Shown here in pieces: positions 1 through 13,939 of a DNA stretch of 64,000 bases. Positions within the stretch are counted from its first letter, which is position 1; each line of letters opens with the position of its first letter. The stretch comes from Camelus ferus. Lineage: Eukaryota. The position numbers and the translations under genes were made by a program. The stretch covers positions 62,684,001 to 62,748,000 of the forward strand of contig NC_045697.1 in the NCBI RefSeq assembly GCF_009834535.1, written 5' to 3'. Below the pieces are notes generated by a model. The model searched no databases. It saw only the letters and a program-made list of their open reading frames with translations, and had not been told where the DNA came from.

Positions 1-404
1 CGGGGTGGTCTAAAGGCTTTCCCAGAATGTTCCTGGCAATCACAGTGCCATGACAAGGTTTGTAGAAAACAAGCATTCATCTGAATACTACACGTGCATT
101 TAAAGGAAAATTTTCACTGAGACAGAAAATTAAAAGCAATATATGAAGGTGTATCAACATTCTCAAAATTCTGCAAGTGAACACATTACTTAAGTATTCA
201 GATAACTTGGGTCCTCTCCTGTAGCTTTACAAGTTAGTCCAAAGATGAAGACCTATAATTAACCTGCACTCTCATATTGCCATTTATAAACACATATACA
301 TAAGAACCAACTTTAAAAATAATATACCATCAAACAATATGAATATTTAACTGCTCACATTGCTTATAGTATGCATTAAATACTCATGCATATTATTGTC
401 TAAG

Positions 405-700
405 CAGCACTGTCCAATATAATTATTATGTGAGTTACATGTGTAGTTTAAAATTTTCTAGTTGCCACATTAAAAACGTAAAAAGAAACAGTTGAATTTT
501 ATATTTTATTTAATGTACCATTCAGTTTTGACATGTAATCTGTATACAAATTATTGAGAAATTTTATGGCTTTTTTTTTTTTCACACTAAGTCTTTGAAA
601 TCAAGTGTGTGTTTTACACCTGCATCTCAATTCAGGCTGGTTACATTTCAAGTGCTCAGTAGTAACATGAGCCTAGTGTCTACCATATTGGACAGTGCAG
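405..700. mobile_element. MER33-like hAT-Charlie non-autonomous DNA transposon
   Basis: Terminal inverted repeats cagcactgtccaata ... tattggacagtgcag, ~300 bp long, with typical internal motifs (gccacattaaaaa, acatttcaagtgctcagtag). Confidence 0.8.
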
Positions 701-2289
701 GTATAGAGATCAACAGGAAATATTTATTGAGTACCTAGCATATGCAAAAAACGTGTATTAGCTACTGAGGAATCCAAGAGGAAAAAAATCACAATGCACC
801 ACTAAAGTCACTACAATGAAGTTGTAAAAAAAGATTTTGTACCAAAAAGGTGACACGAGCAGCCATCTCTGAGAAGTTTGGCAAAGTCGCATAGGCAACA
901 GGTTCTGTAAGAATTTATGGCAGGGATTTTTGTGATCTAGGGCAAAAGTATGTGTCTTGGATAAATGAGATTTAAGAAAGGGTTTTAGGCATAAAATATA
1001 CACAAAGGTTAGAAAAGATGGATGTGTTCTTGTGACAATGGGTGAGCCAGCATTAGAGATTTCATATGGTAGATATTGAATTTGGTGGGGGTTTAAAGGT
1101 TAGCCAGCTCATAAGTGTATGAATAAACAAATGAAGGAAGATATAACATTGGAACCAAAATGTGAACACTAAAATATCCATCTAATGATATAAACTGGCT
1201 TCTAATGAATGAGGAATCAGTTTAATGTGTCTGTATGTGTGAAGTTATATATCTGGCTGCTGAAAGTTTATTGGGAGGAAAGGGAAAACCACAGCTAGGT
1301 GAACTGAGAGCCTGCTGCATAGATGTAGGCAAGAGATGATGAGAGTCTTACCTAAACCGTAATGAAAGAGATAGGAGAGAAAAGGATCCTAAAATCATTT
1401 TATGGCTAAATGTGGGAAAGAGGGGACTATAAATACACCAACAGTTCATACTGCGGGTCTTGGGAAAATACTGGTGTCAATAATAACTTACATACAGGAG
1501 CACCTTGTTTGCAGGAAAGGTTATGGTCAATTTTAGACTCTTTGAATCAAAGTGACAGTGTGACATCTAAGTAAATATGTGCCGTGGACAACGAAATACG
1601 AGAAAGAGCTCCTGCTAGAAATGTGCCAAGGAATAGTCACGAGCATGTATGACATCGCTAAAGGAAAAAAAGCAAAACTCGGAGAGGGAGTCAAGAAACT
1701 ACACAGCAGATTAAAGGTCTAAACTGAGAAACTGTGAGACACCATTTTTGTAGAGAATGCTCTAGGGAATAAACTAGAGATGAGTAAAAGAATCAAGTAT
1801 CAACTAGGTAGAAAGGCCACGCGTATTAGTGTGTGCAAACATACAGCTGTGTGAATGTCAAGGTAACCATCTTATGGGTCTGTATTACCACGTACACAGC
1901 AGCCTTCAGAGGAACATAACTGAAAGCAGGACAGGACTGCCTGTGTGGTCATGAACTCCTTCTTTCTAGTATATTCTTGTCCATGTTTTGCATAGCAAGA
2001 GTGACTGGAATCTGAGTATTGTGTGTGCTCATTGTTAATGAATCCTTGCGTAAATCTTACAAGGACTTCTCCAGACACAAACCTGGCTTGCCAAATATTA
2101 TGCACTCCAGGTGGAATTGTAGTACATTCCATAAAACACTACCAAACCCATTTTTGAGACTTTTATATTTTCATTGCTATTTCTTCCCATGTCTGCTATT
2201 TTTATTGGTTTCTTTTGTGGAGTGTACTTCTTTTTATCCTTCTACTCTACTCTTGTTCTGTGGTAACAATGTGGTACATTATTATAACT

Positions 2290-2990
2290 AAAGTCCAGAG
2301 TCTACCTTAAGGTTTACTCTGTGTGTTGTCCAGTTCCAAGAGTTCTAATAAATACATTATGTCATGTGTCCATCATAATAGTATCATTATGAATAGCTTC
2401 ACTGCCCTGAACATGTTCTCTTCTCTACCTAGTCTTCCATCCCTCTGTCCCATCCCCAACCTCTGATAATCAATGGTCTTTTGACTGTTTCCATACTTTT
2501 GTCTTTTCCAGAATGCCATACAGTTGAAATCATACAGTACTGTAGGCTTTTCAGATTGGCTTATTTCACTTAGAAATATGCATTTAAGGTTCTTCCATGG
2601 GTTTTGTGGTTTGAGAGCTCATTTCTTTTTCTTATCACATAATCTTTCATTGTCTGAATGTACCACAATTTATTTATCCGTTTACCTACTAAAGAATGTC
2701 TTAATTTTCCCCAAGTTTTGGCGCATATCTATAAAGCTTCTATAAATATCTATGTGCAGGATTTTGTGTGAATATGTTTTCAACTCCTTTGGGTAACTGT
2801 CTAGGATATGATTGCTGGATCATATGAGAAGAATATATTTAGTTTTGTAAGAAACAGCCAAACTGTCTTCCAAAGTGGCTGGACCATTTTGCATTCCCAC
2901 CAGCAACAACTGGTCGTCATTATTGCTTCACATGTTTGCCAGCATTAGGTGCTGTCAATGTTCTGGATTTTCGTCATCCTAATAGGTAGG
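2290..2990 (-). mobile_element. Old L1 (L1MC-type) 3' end fragment
   Basis: Reverse-strand L1 3' motifs (gattgctggatcatatg, aaactgtcttccaaagtggctggaccattttgcattcccaccagca, ttcactgccctgaa). Confidence 0.85.
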
Positions 2991-5900
2991 CTTTACAGTT
3001 TGAGAGCTATTTTGTGGATAGGCAACTGGCCAAGAAAAGATCAGAGGATCAAAGGTTCTGCTTTTCTATTACAGTGATGAGGAAATGTGTTGAAATTATA
3101 AAAAGGCTGTATGTTAAATATGAAGAATTTTCTAACAGTTAAACTAACAGTTTAATAAGTAGTTAAAGAAAGTTGACTTAATGATGTACCTAGGCTATAA
3201 ACCTTTCCCTGTCCATTCTTATACTGATGTCAGTGTTTCATTTGGTAAAGATGTAAGCGCTAATAGCTGTCAGTACCTGTTCATTGTTAGCAATTTTGAG
3301 TAGCAGGATGCCTTTTCTAATATATACAAACAAACAGAGGGGAATCATGGGATACAACATGTGAAACTCTCCTGGGACATGCAGCGATCTCTACGATATA
3401 GTAGGGCAAGCACTGAGCTCAGCATCCTTGGGATTCAGTTTGTTCCATCTGAGCCATTCGCTAATCATGTCACCTTGGTTCACTTGATTTCATCAAGCCT
3501 CAAAAATCAATTTAAAAAATGGAAAACACGTTCTTTTTTTCTTCCTATCTTACTGTGAAGCTGTTGTAACAACAACAAGCCCTTAATAACTATGCTGTGT
3601 ACCTGAAACTATGTGAACAATTTGAGAATCACAGAGGACCACCTATAACATAAGGTCGTATCGGTGGTGGTCCTTACTCCAAAGAGTTCACGATGGGCAG
3701 AGAAGTTGACAAGTAAGCCCAGTAGAGTATGATCAGTGCTGCAGCCATGGTGCCACCAGTGTCCTCCGGAGGACTAAGGGAGAACACGAGAGGACTAGTA
3801 ATAGGAAGCTTGGTTGTGCCAGGCTCTGGGCTCACATTTATCCCAGGTGGTCACCACATCTCTGAGATGTGAATTTTATTATTCTCATTTCATACAGATG
3901 ATATAAATGGATAACAAAACAATCTGTTCATGGTTACATAGCTAATGAGTTTAGTGTAATTCCATTCTTAATGGAGAGCTAGAGAAGGCTACCTCATATA
4001 TCCTTAACTGCAGGGGCCATTGCTAGAACTCAAATTTCTGGAATTCAAACTATACCACATGCAACAGATTACAGCTGCTGACAGTGGGAAAATATGGGAA
4101 CTCTTTACATGGAGATCCTAAAGGGCAAGATTCCTATTTACTAGAGAATCAGTTTTTGACATGGGTCCTATGCTCATATTGCTGTTTTAATTTTTTCTTT
4201 ATAAAAAAAAAAAAAAGAAAGGAAAGAAAACAGACACAACAACCACCTCATCCTATCTGTGACCTTCAGCACCAAGCAAGACCCAAGAGAATATGAAGAC
4301 AAATTTGTGGCAGACTTAGTATCCTGTCTGTCTCATTTCCATGGTTTTCTTGAAGTTAAGAGACTTGTAATGATTCCAGCCTGATAAGGAGAAAAAGACA
4401 CTGAACTAAGTGTCCAGAGTTTAAAATAGATCCGGGAAAACCATTCTTTTAGCTTTAATGAGATTTGTCAGAATAACTGTTACACAGAGATGTTCTTTTT
4501 TCCCCAAAATCTAGGAACATTTCTTGTTCATTCTTGCATCCTAAAATTTATCATAGCATACGGCACTGCACAGAAATTCACTGAATATTAGTTGAATACT
4601 AGATGTGAAAGGAGGTAGTAAGATAAATAGGACCTCATATAATTTTTGTGTAGGGTCTTTATAGGCGCTATATTTGCCCATAAGGTAGCTTTTTAAATAG
4701 TTTTGCTGTTAGAGTCATTACCGGTTGCTGTCTAAGGGACCACTTTCAACCTTCGGTGAAAATACAACGTTTAAAAAGAATGAAAACTAAGAATGCAAAT
4801 GTGTCTAATATAGATCACATAAAGGGCTGGAAATGAGCAGATAAAAGACAGCAAGTTTTAATATCTAGACAATAATTGGCCCTGAAAAGAAGTGTTGGCT
4901 CTATCAGCTTGTGTGAAATGTGCCTGAATGAAACCAAACAATGGTTTTCTCAAAGACAAAGTTAATATCAGCAAGTACATCAGTCTTATGCCAAGTTCTC
5001 TCCCAGCGAGATGTACAGAAAGCAACGTAACTCTAACAGGAAAAACCTCAGTGCTGTATTAACTGGGAATTGCATTGAAAATCTTTTAAAGCATATTCCC
5101 TAAAGTAACAAATTTAATGCTAAAAAAACTAATAAATCTTCTTTCAATAAGAAAATGAACATATAGAAAACAAATTAAGAAAGAAATATTTAGAATTGAG
5201 AGAGAAGCTCCTAGGTATTGACATTAAAAGCAAGTTTCAAATCAATCTGAAAAATAAATAATATAGACAAACAAACAAAGTAAAAAGGAAGAAAGTTCAC
5301 AAAGACATTACAGGAATATACAATTTCAAAAGCAAAGTTTACTAAACTTTAAAAATTAATTTTAAAAGAAGAATTTATATTGAGGATAGCATAATCCATC
5401 TCTTTCTATGTGTTTGGCTGATTGGGTTCAAAGACTGGGTAGAGAAAAAATAAGTGAACATTTTGGGCTGAAATAATTCCACACACAAAAAAAGAACAAT
5501 GGATAAATTAAATAAAATTTGGTACACTGATTCATATTCACATATATCCGTATTTGGGAAATAACTAATTTCCCCAAATTTTTAATGTGGTAGAAAGTAT
5601 GAATTCCAAGCAAACATCCAAATTTGTCTGGGCATAAAAAAGCACAGATCGTCACTATCACCTTGAGTACCATCACTCCTACCTTTGTGAGGCAGTATGG
5701 GTCGGACACGAGGATCTACTCTAAGGCTCTTCAAATTTTACTCTATCTATTAGAAGGGGTCTAAGCACAGGAAGTTGAAAAGGGCTGGGCCCTCAAACCA
5801 TCTTGTTCACATAATTTTCCCCAGCACGTAGGTCTGAGACATCTATTTTGGATTAAGAAAGAGCAAATATATGCAAAATTTGCACTGGATGTGAAGCTAG

Positions 5901-7115
5901 TGGTTCTTACACATAATTCTGCAGTATGATGTCAGTTGGTTCCCTCCCACAAAGGAGGAACTGCTAAATCAAAATGGTTTCAACCAGATCAGACATTACA
6001 GTCGGCAGAACTTATCTGTGCTTTTGAATGGATCTTCGCTTACTGTGCAGAAAATCTATCACACCCCAAGATGGCTCCCGAAATTAGAATGCTCTAGATA
6101 AACCAGTATAACCGATGGATACAATAAATTACAAAGCCTTTCTCTTGAATCTTGATCAAAATTCAGAGACAACTGCTCTGCATCACAAAAGCTAACTAGT
6201 TCTAAAGGTTTTTCTCTGCTCCTAATGAAATCATTACTGCTAAAGTATTCCAGGGGAAAATAAGTCAAGAAGCCTGTTGTTTCAGCCGGGGCCGCTCAGA
6301 CTTCCGCACGGCTGATGAGCCCCGACGGTGACAAACGACACATTGTTCCTCAGCGAGCAGGCTTTGCTCCCTTTCATCTTCTTGCAACTGAACACTGTCA
6401 CATTCCTTGCAGAGGAAACACATTTCATAGATGTCATCCTCGCATAAAAGGCAGAAGCAGGGGAAGTTCTTTTTTCAATCTGCCTAAACATTTCATTTTG
6501 TTATTTATATATCAATTACCATACGAAAGCATTGAGTATGTGTTTGGATATAAAATGTGGAAAGTTGTTTTGGAAGACATTACTTTCAAAGGAAAACACA
6601 CAGTGGAAAGTCAGGAGCACAAGATCATCCCCTTTTAAGAGCAATCGGAAGCTTCCTGCCTTGCTAGTCTTAATCTTCTTTCTGGCATCTTAGGCTCACC
6701 AACTGCCTAATAGTGGATGCATGTGGTTCTGCCCATCTGTCCAACAGTCATTCTGATTTATGTGGTTTACTAAGAAAACATTTATTGCAGTATGAATAAT
6801 GCATAGTGATAAGTAGTTCTGATATCTCCAAGAGTTATCTTATGAGTGAAATCGTTGCTTTGTTGTTAAGGAGAAAGTTAATTTCATGTATCCATGTACC
6901 ATCCACTAGGAGTTGCTATAAAAGTATGGAAAAGCAAGAAATTTTGTGATAAGTATGATGTATTTAAGTAATTTCATTAGAATAGGCTCATATTCCACAG
7001 TATACCAAAGTACTAATAGGCACCAGAGTCACGTGGAAATCTGAAGTAGAGAATATCTTTGCCATTTTACACATCCTTGCAGTTTGTCTTTTGAAAGTTA
7101 AGATCAGAAATTCTG

Positions 7116-10100
7116 TACGTACCCAATATAGGAGCACCTAAGTACATACAAGAATTACTAACAGAGATAAAGGGGGATATTGATGGGAATACAATCATAG
7201 TTGGAGATTTTAACACTGCATTAACATCACTAGACAGATCTTCCAGACAGAAAATAAACAAGGCAACAGAGAAATTAAATACTACAATAGAAAAACTAGA
7301 TTTGGTGGATATTTTCAGAGCATTACACCCCCCAAAAATAGGATATACATTCTTTTCAAGTACACATGGAACATTTTCCAGGATCGATCATGTACTTGGG
7401 CACAAAAGAAACCTCAAAAATTTTAAGAAGATAGAAATGATCTCAAGCATCTTTACTGACCACAATGCCATGAAACTGGAAATCAACAACAGAGAAACAA
7501 AGGAGAAAAAAAGGAAAGCATGGAGATTAAACAATATGTTATTGAAAAAACAATGGATCAATGAGGAAATCAAAACTGAAATTAAAAAATACCTTGAGAC
7601 AAATGATAATGAAAGCACAACCACTCAAAACCTATGGGACACAGCAAAGGCAGTGCTAAGAGGGAAGTTTATAGCGATACAGGCCTTCCTCAAAAAAGAA
7701 AAACAATCTCAAATAAACAATTTAACCCACCACCTGAATGAATTAGAAAAAGAAGAACAAAAAGCCCCAAAAAGCAGCAGAAGGAAGGAAATAATAAAAA
7801 TCAGAGAGGAATTAAATACAATAGAGATTAACAAGACCATAGAAAAAATCAACCAAACCAAAAGCTGGTTTTTTGAAAAAGTAAATAAAATCGACAAACC
7901 TCTGGCCAAACTCACAAAGAAGAAAAAAGAGAGAGCACAAATTAGCAAAATAAGAAAGGAAAATGGAGAAATTACAACAAACAAAATAGAAATACAGAAT
8001 AGCACACGAGAATATTATGGAAAACTATATGGAACCAAACTGGATAACCTAGAGGAGATGGACAAGTTTCTGGAAACATACTGTCCACCAAAACTGAATC
8101 AAGAAGAATCTGAACACTTGAACAATCCGATCACTAGAAAGGAAATAGAAATAGCAATTAAAAACCTCCCTACAAATAAAAGTCCAGGACCGGACGGCTT
8201 CACCGGGGAATTCTACCAAACATACAAAGAAGGACTCATACCAGTCCTTCTCAAACTCTTCCAGACGATTGAAAAGGAGGGAATACTCCCAAACTCATTC
8301 TATGAAGCCATCATCACCCTGATACCAAAACCAGGCAAAGACACTACCAAAAAAGAGAATTATAGGCCAATATCACTGACGAACATAGACGCCAAAATCC
8401 TCACCAAAATTTTAGCAAATAGAATCCAACAACACATAAAAAAGATTATAGATCATGACCAAGTGGGGTTCATCCCAGGGACACAAGGCTGGTTCAACAT
8501 ACGCAAATCAATCAGTGTAATACATCACATCAACAAGAGAAAGGACAAAAACCACACGATCATCTCAATCGATGCAGAAAAAGCATTTGATAAAATTCAA
8601 CACCCATTTATGATAAAAACGCTCGCCAAAGTGGGTATAGAGGGAACATATCTCAACATAATAAAAGCTATACATGACAAACCTACAGCCAGCATAGTAC
8701 TCAACGGTGAAAAACTCAAAAGCTTCCCACTAAAATCTGGGACAAGACAAGGATGCCCACTATCACCACTCCTATTCAACATAGTCCTGGAAGTCCTAGC
8801 CACAGCAGTCAGGCAAGAGAAAGAAATAAAAGGGATCCAAATTGGAAAAGAAGAGGTAAAAGTGTCATTATATGCTGATGACATGTTACTATATATAGAA
8901 AACCCTAAAAGGTCCACACAAAAGCTACTAGAGCTCATTGAAGAATTCAGCAAGGTAGCAGGTTACAAAATTAACGTTCAAAAATCAGTTGCATTTCTTT
9001 ACACTAACGATAAATCAACAGAAGAAGAAAGTAAAGAAACAATCCCCTTTAAAATAGCACCCAAAGTAATAAAATACCTGGGAATAAATCTAACCAAGGA
9101 GGTGAAAGAATTATACACAGAAAACTATAAACCATTGATGAAGGAAATTAAAGAAGACTTTAAAAAATGGAAAGATATTCCATGCTCTTGGATTGGAAGA
9201 ATCAATATTGTTAAAATGGTCACACTGCCCAAGGCAATCTACAGATTTAATGCAATCCCTATCCAATTACCCAGGACATATTTCACAGAACTAGAAAAAA
9301 TCATAATAAAATTCATATGGAACCATCAAAGACCTAGAATTGCCAAAGCATTACTGAAAAGAAAGAAAGAGGCTGGAGGAATAACTCTCCCAGACTTCAG
9401 ACAATACTATAGAGCTACAGTCATCAAGACAGCATGGTATTGGTACCAAAACAGACATATAGACCAATGGAACAGAATAGAGAGGCCAGAAATGAACCCA
9501 CAAACTTTTGGTCAACTCATCTTTGACAAAGGAGGCAAGAATATACATTGGAATAAAGACAGTCTCTTCAGCAAATGGTGTTGGGAAAACTGGACAGCAG
9601 CATGTAAAACAATGAAGCTAGAACACTCCCTTACACCATATACAAAAATCAACTCAAAATGGATTAAAGACTTAAACATAAGACAAGATACAATAAACCT
9701 CCTAGAGGAAAACATAGGCAAAACATTATCTGACATACATTTTAAAAATTTCCTCCTAGAAGAAATAAAAGCAAGAATAAACAAATGGGACCTAATGAAA
9801 CTTACAAGCTTCTGCACAGCAAAGGAAACCAGAAATAAAACAAGAAGAAACCTACGGAATGGGAGAAAATTTTTGCAAGTGAAACCGACAAAGGCTTGAT
9901 CTCCAGAATATATAAGCAGCTCATACGACTCAATAAGAAAAAAATAAACAACCCAATCCAAAAATGGGCAGAAGACCTAAACAAGCAATTCTCCAAGGAA
10001 GACATACAAATGATCAAAAAGCACATGAAAAAATGCTCAATATCACTAATTATCAGAGAAATGCAAATCAAAACTACAATGAGGTATCACCTCACACCAG

Positions 10101-10573
10101 TCAGAATGGCCATCATTCAAAAATCCACAAATGACAAATGCTGGAGAGGCTGTGGAGAAAGGGGAACCCTCCTACACTGCTGGTGGGAATGCAGTTTGGT
10201 GCAGCCACTATGGAAAACAGTGTGGAGATTCCTCAAAAGACTAGGAATAGACTTACCATATGACCCAGGAATCCCACTCCTGGGCTTGTATCCAGAAGGA
10301 AATCTACTTCAGGATGACACCTGCACCCCAATGTTCATAGCAGCACTATTTACAATAGCCAAAACATGGAAACAGCCTAAATGTCCATCAACAGGTGACT
10401 GGATAAAGAAGAGGTGGTATATTTATACAATGGAATACTACTCAGCCATAAAAACCGACAACATAATGCCATTTGCAGCAACATGGATGCTCCTGGAGAA
10501 TGTCATTCTAAGTGAAGTAAGCCAGAAAGAGAAAGAAAAATACCATATGAGATCGCTCATATGTGGAATCTAA
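7116..10573 (+). pseudogene. L1 ORF2p remnant (partial endonuclease, RT with YADD, C-terminal Cys-rich domain); 5'-truncated, with one frameshift near 9850
   Basis: The frame is open from 7116 ([12 protein letters not shown]) through ORF 7302..9899 ([21 protein letters not shown]). It continues in another frame in ORF 9896..10573 ([18 protein letters not shown]). Confidence 0.95.
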
Positions 10574-11057
10574 AAAACAAAAACAAAAACAAACAAACAA
10601 ACAAAAACAAAGCATAAATAAAGGACAGAAATAGACTCACAGACAGAGAATACAGACTTGTGGTTACCAGGGGGGTGGAGGGTGGGAAGGGATAGACTGG
10701 GATTTCAAAATTGTAGAATAGACTACACTGTATAGCACAGGGAAATATACACAAAATGTTATGATAACTCACAGAGAAAAAAATGTGACAATAGTGTGTA
10801 TATGTCCATGAATAACTGAAAAATTGTGAAAAAAAAAGAAGTAGACAGTGGTAATGGTTGCAAAACATTATGAATGTAATTAAAGCCACTGAATTGTACA
10901 CCTAAAATGGTTAAAATGGCAAATTTTTTTTTGCTATATATATTTTACCTCTCTAAAATAGAATATAAGATTACCCATGAGTTGTTAATTGCTGAAACTG
11001 GATAATGGGCACATGGGTACATCATTATATTTTTCTCTCTTCTAAAAAAAAAAAAAA
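7116..11057 (+). mobile_element. Young, 5'-truncated LINE-1 (ORF2 + 3' UTR + extra 3' segment + poly(A)), antisense to SNCA in intron 4
   Basis: Perfect 16-bp TSD AAGATCAGAAATTCTG at 7100-7115 and 11058-11073, with an endonuclease-type TT|AAGA site and poly(A) at 11044-11057. ORF2 homology runs throughout. Confidence 0.97.
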
Positions 11058-11184
11058 AAGATCAGAAATTCTGGGTAGTCAGGTTTGTTTTTTTTTTTTA
11101 AAGAAGACAATATCATTTATATTTGCTTTTAGAAGAAGGAAATAGTCCACATTTAAATGAATAAAACTAATTCTATGTTTCCTT

Positions 11185-11330
11185 TTCAAAAAAAAAATTT
11201 GTTTGTTTGGTTTTTGCAGGGGTGGATAATTAGGTTTATTTATTTATTTTTAATGGAGGCACTGGGGATTGAACCCAGGACTCTTTGTATGCTAAGCATA
11301 CACTCTACCACTTATCTATACCCTCCTCCC
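11185..11330 (-). mobile_element. Vic-1-like tRNA-derived SINE (camelid type)
   Basis: Reverse complement GGGAGGAGGGTATAGATAAGTGGTAGAGTGTATGCTTAGCATACAAAGAGTCCTGGGTTCAATCCCCAGTGCCTCCATTAAAAATAAATAAATAAACCTAATT shows A-box and B-box-like motifs and an AT-rich tail. Confidence 0.85.
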
Positions 11331-11349
11331 TCCTCTTATGTTTTCTTGA

Positions 11350-11810
11350 GTACTGGAAATGTGTTTGGCAGGTCTGAAGAACAGCAAGGAGGCCAGTATA
11401 GCTGGAGGGCAGTGCCCAAGGAGAAAAGGGACAGGAAATGACATTACTGAGAACCAGATATCGTATGGCCTGTGACCACAGCCTACCCTCCTATGTGTGA
11501 CAGGAGGTCACTGGATGGTTGAGGGCAGGGGAGGGATGCTTTGGTGTGTTTCAAAAGAATTACTGGTGGAGACAGGCTACCCAGGGTGTGTGAGTGGAAG
11601 CGGGGAGGCCAGGTAAGAGGGGAGGGAAGGAGTCTAGATGAGAGACGATGAAGGCCTGGCCAGAGTGGTGGTGATGGGGAAGAGAGACTTGGGGAGATCA
11701 GGGATATATTTTCAAATACAGGTACACTGATTAGGTAGAGGATTGGAGGGAGGATGTGTAAGGAGAGGAATCAAGGATGCTTTCACGGTTTTGGCCTGAG
11801 CAACCAAATA
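11350..11810 (-). mobile_element. L2 (LINE-2) fragment
   Basis: Typical L2 motifs: gaacagcaaggaggccagt, gagaggaatcaaggatg...ggttttggcctgagcaac. Confidence 0.75.
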
Positions 11811-13939
11811 TGTACGATATATATTCAGATGCTGTGAGGGCGAAGTAAGGTGAGATGACTATGCATTTCAGCAGATTGGGAAAGTTTTCAGAGTTCTGAA
11901 GGCTTGCGTGGGCCTTTCTAGCCTGGGTAAAATTCAGTCAGGAGGCTTAAAGCCCTCTCACAGGTCAGGCAGAATGAAAAGTTACAGGCTGTGTTAGGTA
12001 ACTGGGAGATATTTTGAAGACACTGTCTGCTTTGACTGAAGAGTTTTGTTAAATGATTGTGAAATATTTGGTTGAAAAGAAAGGAAGACTGGATAAAACA
12101 GGGCCTTGAATAACAGGATTAGGCCTTGGGGCTTGATTCTGTGGGTCGTGGACAGCCACTGGCTAACTTGGCTAGTAACTTCCAAATTCCCAGGATATTC
12201 TATTAAAGGAAGGACTGCCAAAAAACATTTCATGTATTCTGAAGATGGAGATCAATGTAGACGCATTTATAATATGGTTGAATTCTGAAAAGATCAAGAT
12301 TTCTAAAGAAAATGCTACCACAAATTGCATTTTACACACACACGTGCCATACCCACACCTATATATAAAAAACACACTAAACCATCAGTCATAAGATACG
12401 CCCTCCCACCCCAAGTCAGTCTTTTGTAGTTTCCTTTTAAAAGGTATCAATTAGTTTCAAATAAGAAAGAGTGTGTGAAGGATGGAAGAAATTTCATTCT
12501 TTCCATAAATGATGAAAACACAAATATTTGTCAGATATAAGAAATATACTTCTTTTTTCCTCAAATAGTTCCAGGATATTTATTACCTGAAAAATAGGTA
12601 CTCTGGGGAATTTATTTTCCCCTAAAGCCTTCATTTTAAAAAAATCATAGTTGCCCATATTTTTAAAATCTGAAAAACTAATTACTACTTGCAACTGAAA
12701 TCTCTTCCAAATACATACATCAATGGTTTGATCCTTGTTACATTTTAGTAAACTCTTAGGTCCAAAAATACAATTTACTTTAAAATGTGATCCCAGGCAT
12801 TTGGGATGATCAGACCTACTAGTTACTACTAACAAGCTAACAGTCAGAGATTACAGAGAGGCCAAAGACTGTAAAGGTCCTCCTAGTCCAAGGACAAGGC
12901 CTGTGCTCATACGTAAAATGAACTGCAGATGGGGTTATCTAACTCCAACAGAAATAAACTGACCATAGTAAAAAGTATTTCAAAGAAGTGACACTTTTAC
13001 AAGTTCTTATATATTATCAGACAGGTTAACAAAAATACTGAAAGGTTATTTGTCAAGTTGGGGATTTGGGCATGCTGTAAATAAAGCATATTAAAATGCA
13101 AAAGGTAAAGTTTTAAGGATACAAGAAGATAGGAGGATGACAGCTATCTCAGAACCCAAAATATTTATACTAAGATTTAGTAATAAGATTTTGCAAAGTC
13201 AAATTGTGAGTTAGGCCCCCAATGATCAGATATGCCTGCCAAAAATGAGAGAGCAAATAAATTATTCAATCTGCTTGGGCAGGTCACCTCATTCCTCCTT
13301 GAAGAGCTTTGTTAAAATTTATCTTGAAATTCAGATGTGGAACCCAGTATTACTAGCAAAAAGAAAATTGTTGACATGGTATCTTAATTTGGTTTGATAA
13401 CTAGGATCAAGAGGAATAAATGGAAGAAGTGAATTATAATCTGATGTTTTGAGAAATAATAAGAGACCATGAATGCTATGATACCTCACTCAGAGACAGC
13501 CTTATTTCAAACTTGAAAGGAAGAGAAAGAGGTTGGGGAAGAAATCTTCAAACAAGGTCCATAATATTAGTAGACTACATATACGCATCATGATTAACAG
13601 CTAGATGTCAATGCCTAGAGCACTAGAAATTGGTCTTATATGGCACAATTCTTCTGATGATGCCTGGCGTAGTATATTGCACATAGCATGGTTTTAACAA
13701 ATATCAGATGAATGGATGAATAAATACATAGGTGAATGGATGTACAGCAAACACTATAACTGTATTTTTCAGTATCTATGAAGCTGAGATGATTTTTTTT
13801 AATCAGTTGAACAAATGTAAGTGAGAACTAGGAGACTAAGAAGGAAAATTAGGCTCTTTGAGTTCTAATTACAGTGAAAGCAGAAGAACGCTTAGTCACA
13901 TAAATGCTGAATAGTGTGGAATATTACAAATACTATTTA

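Noticed and set aside
7302..10573. Reverse transcriptase as part of a novel system or an active element
   Set aside because: It is ordinary mammalian L1 ORF2: 5'-truncated within the endonuclease domain, with no ORF1 or promoter, and frameshifted.
7388..10901. Several minus-strand ORFs (78-149 aa) overlapping the L1
   Set aside because: These are the usual antisense shadow ORFs of A-rich L1 ORF2, with low-complexity F/L/S content; they are not independent genes.
11255..11330. tRNA-like sequence
   Set aside because: It is the head of a tRNA-derived SINE with an AT-rich tail; the A box is degenerate and related copies occur elsewhere in the window.
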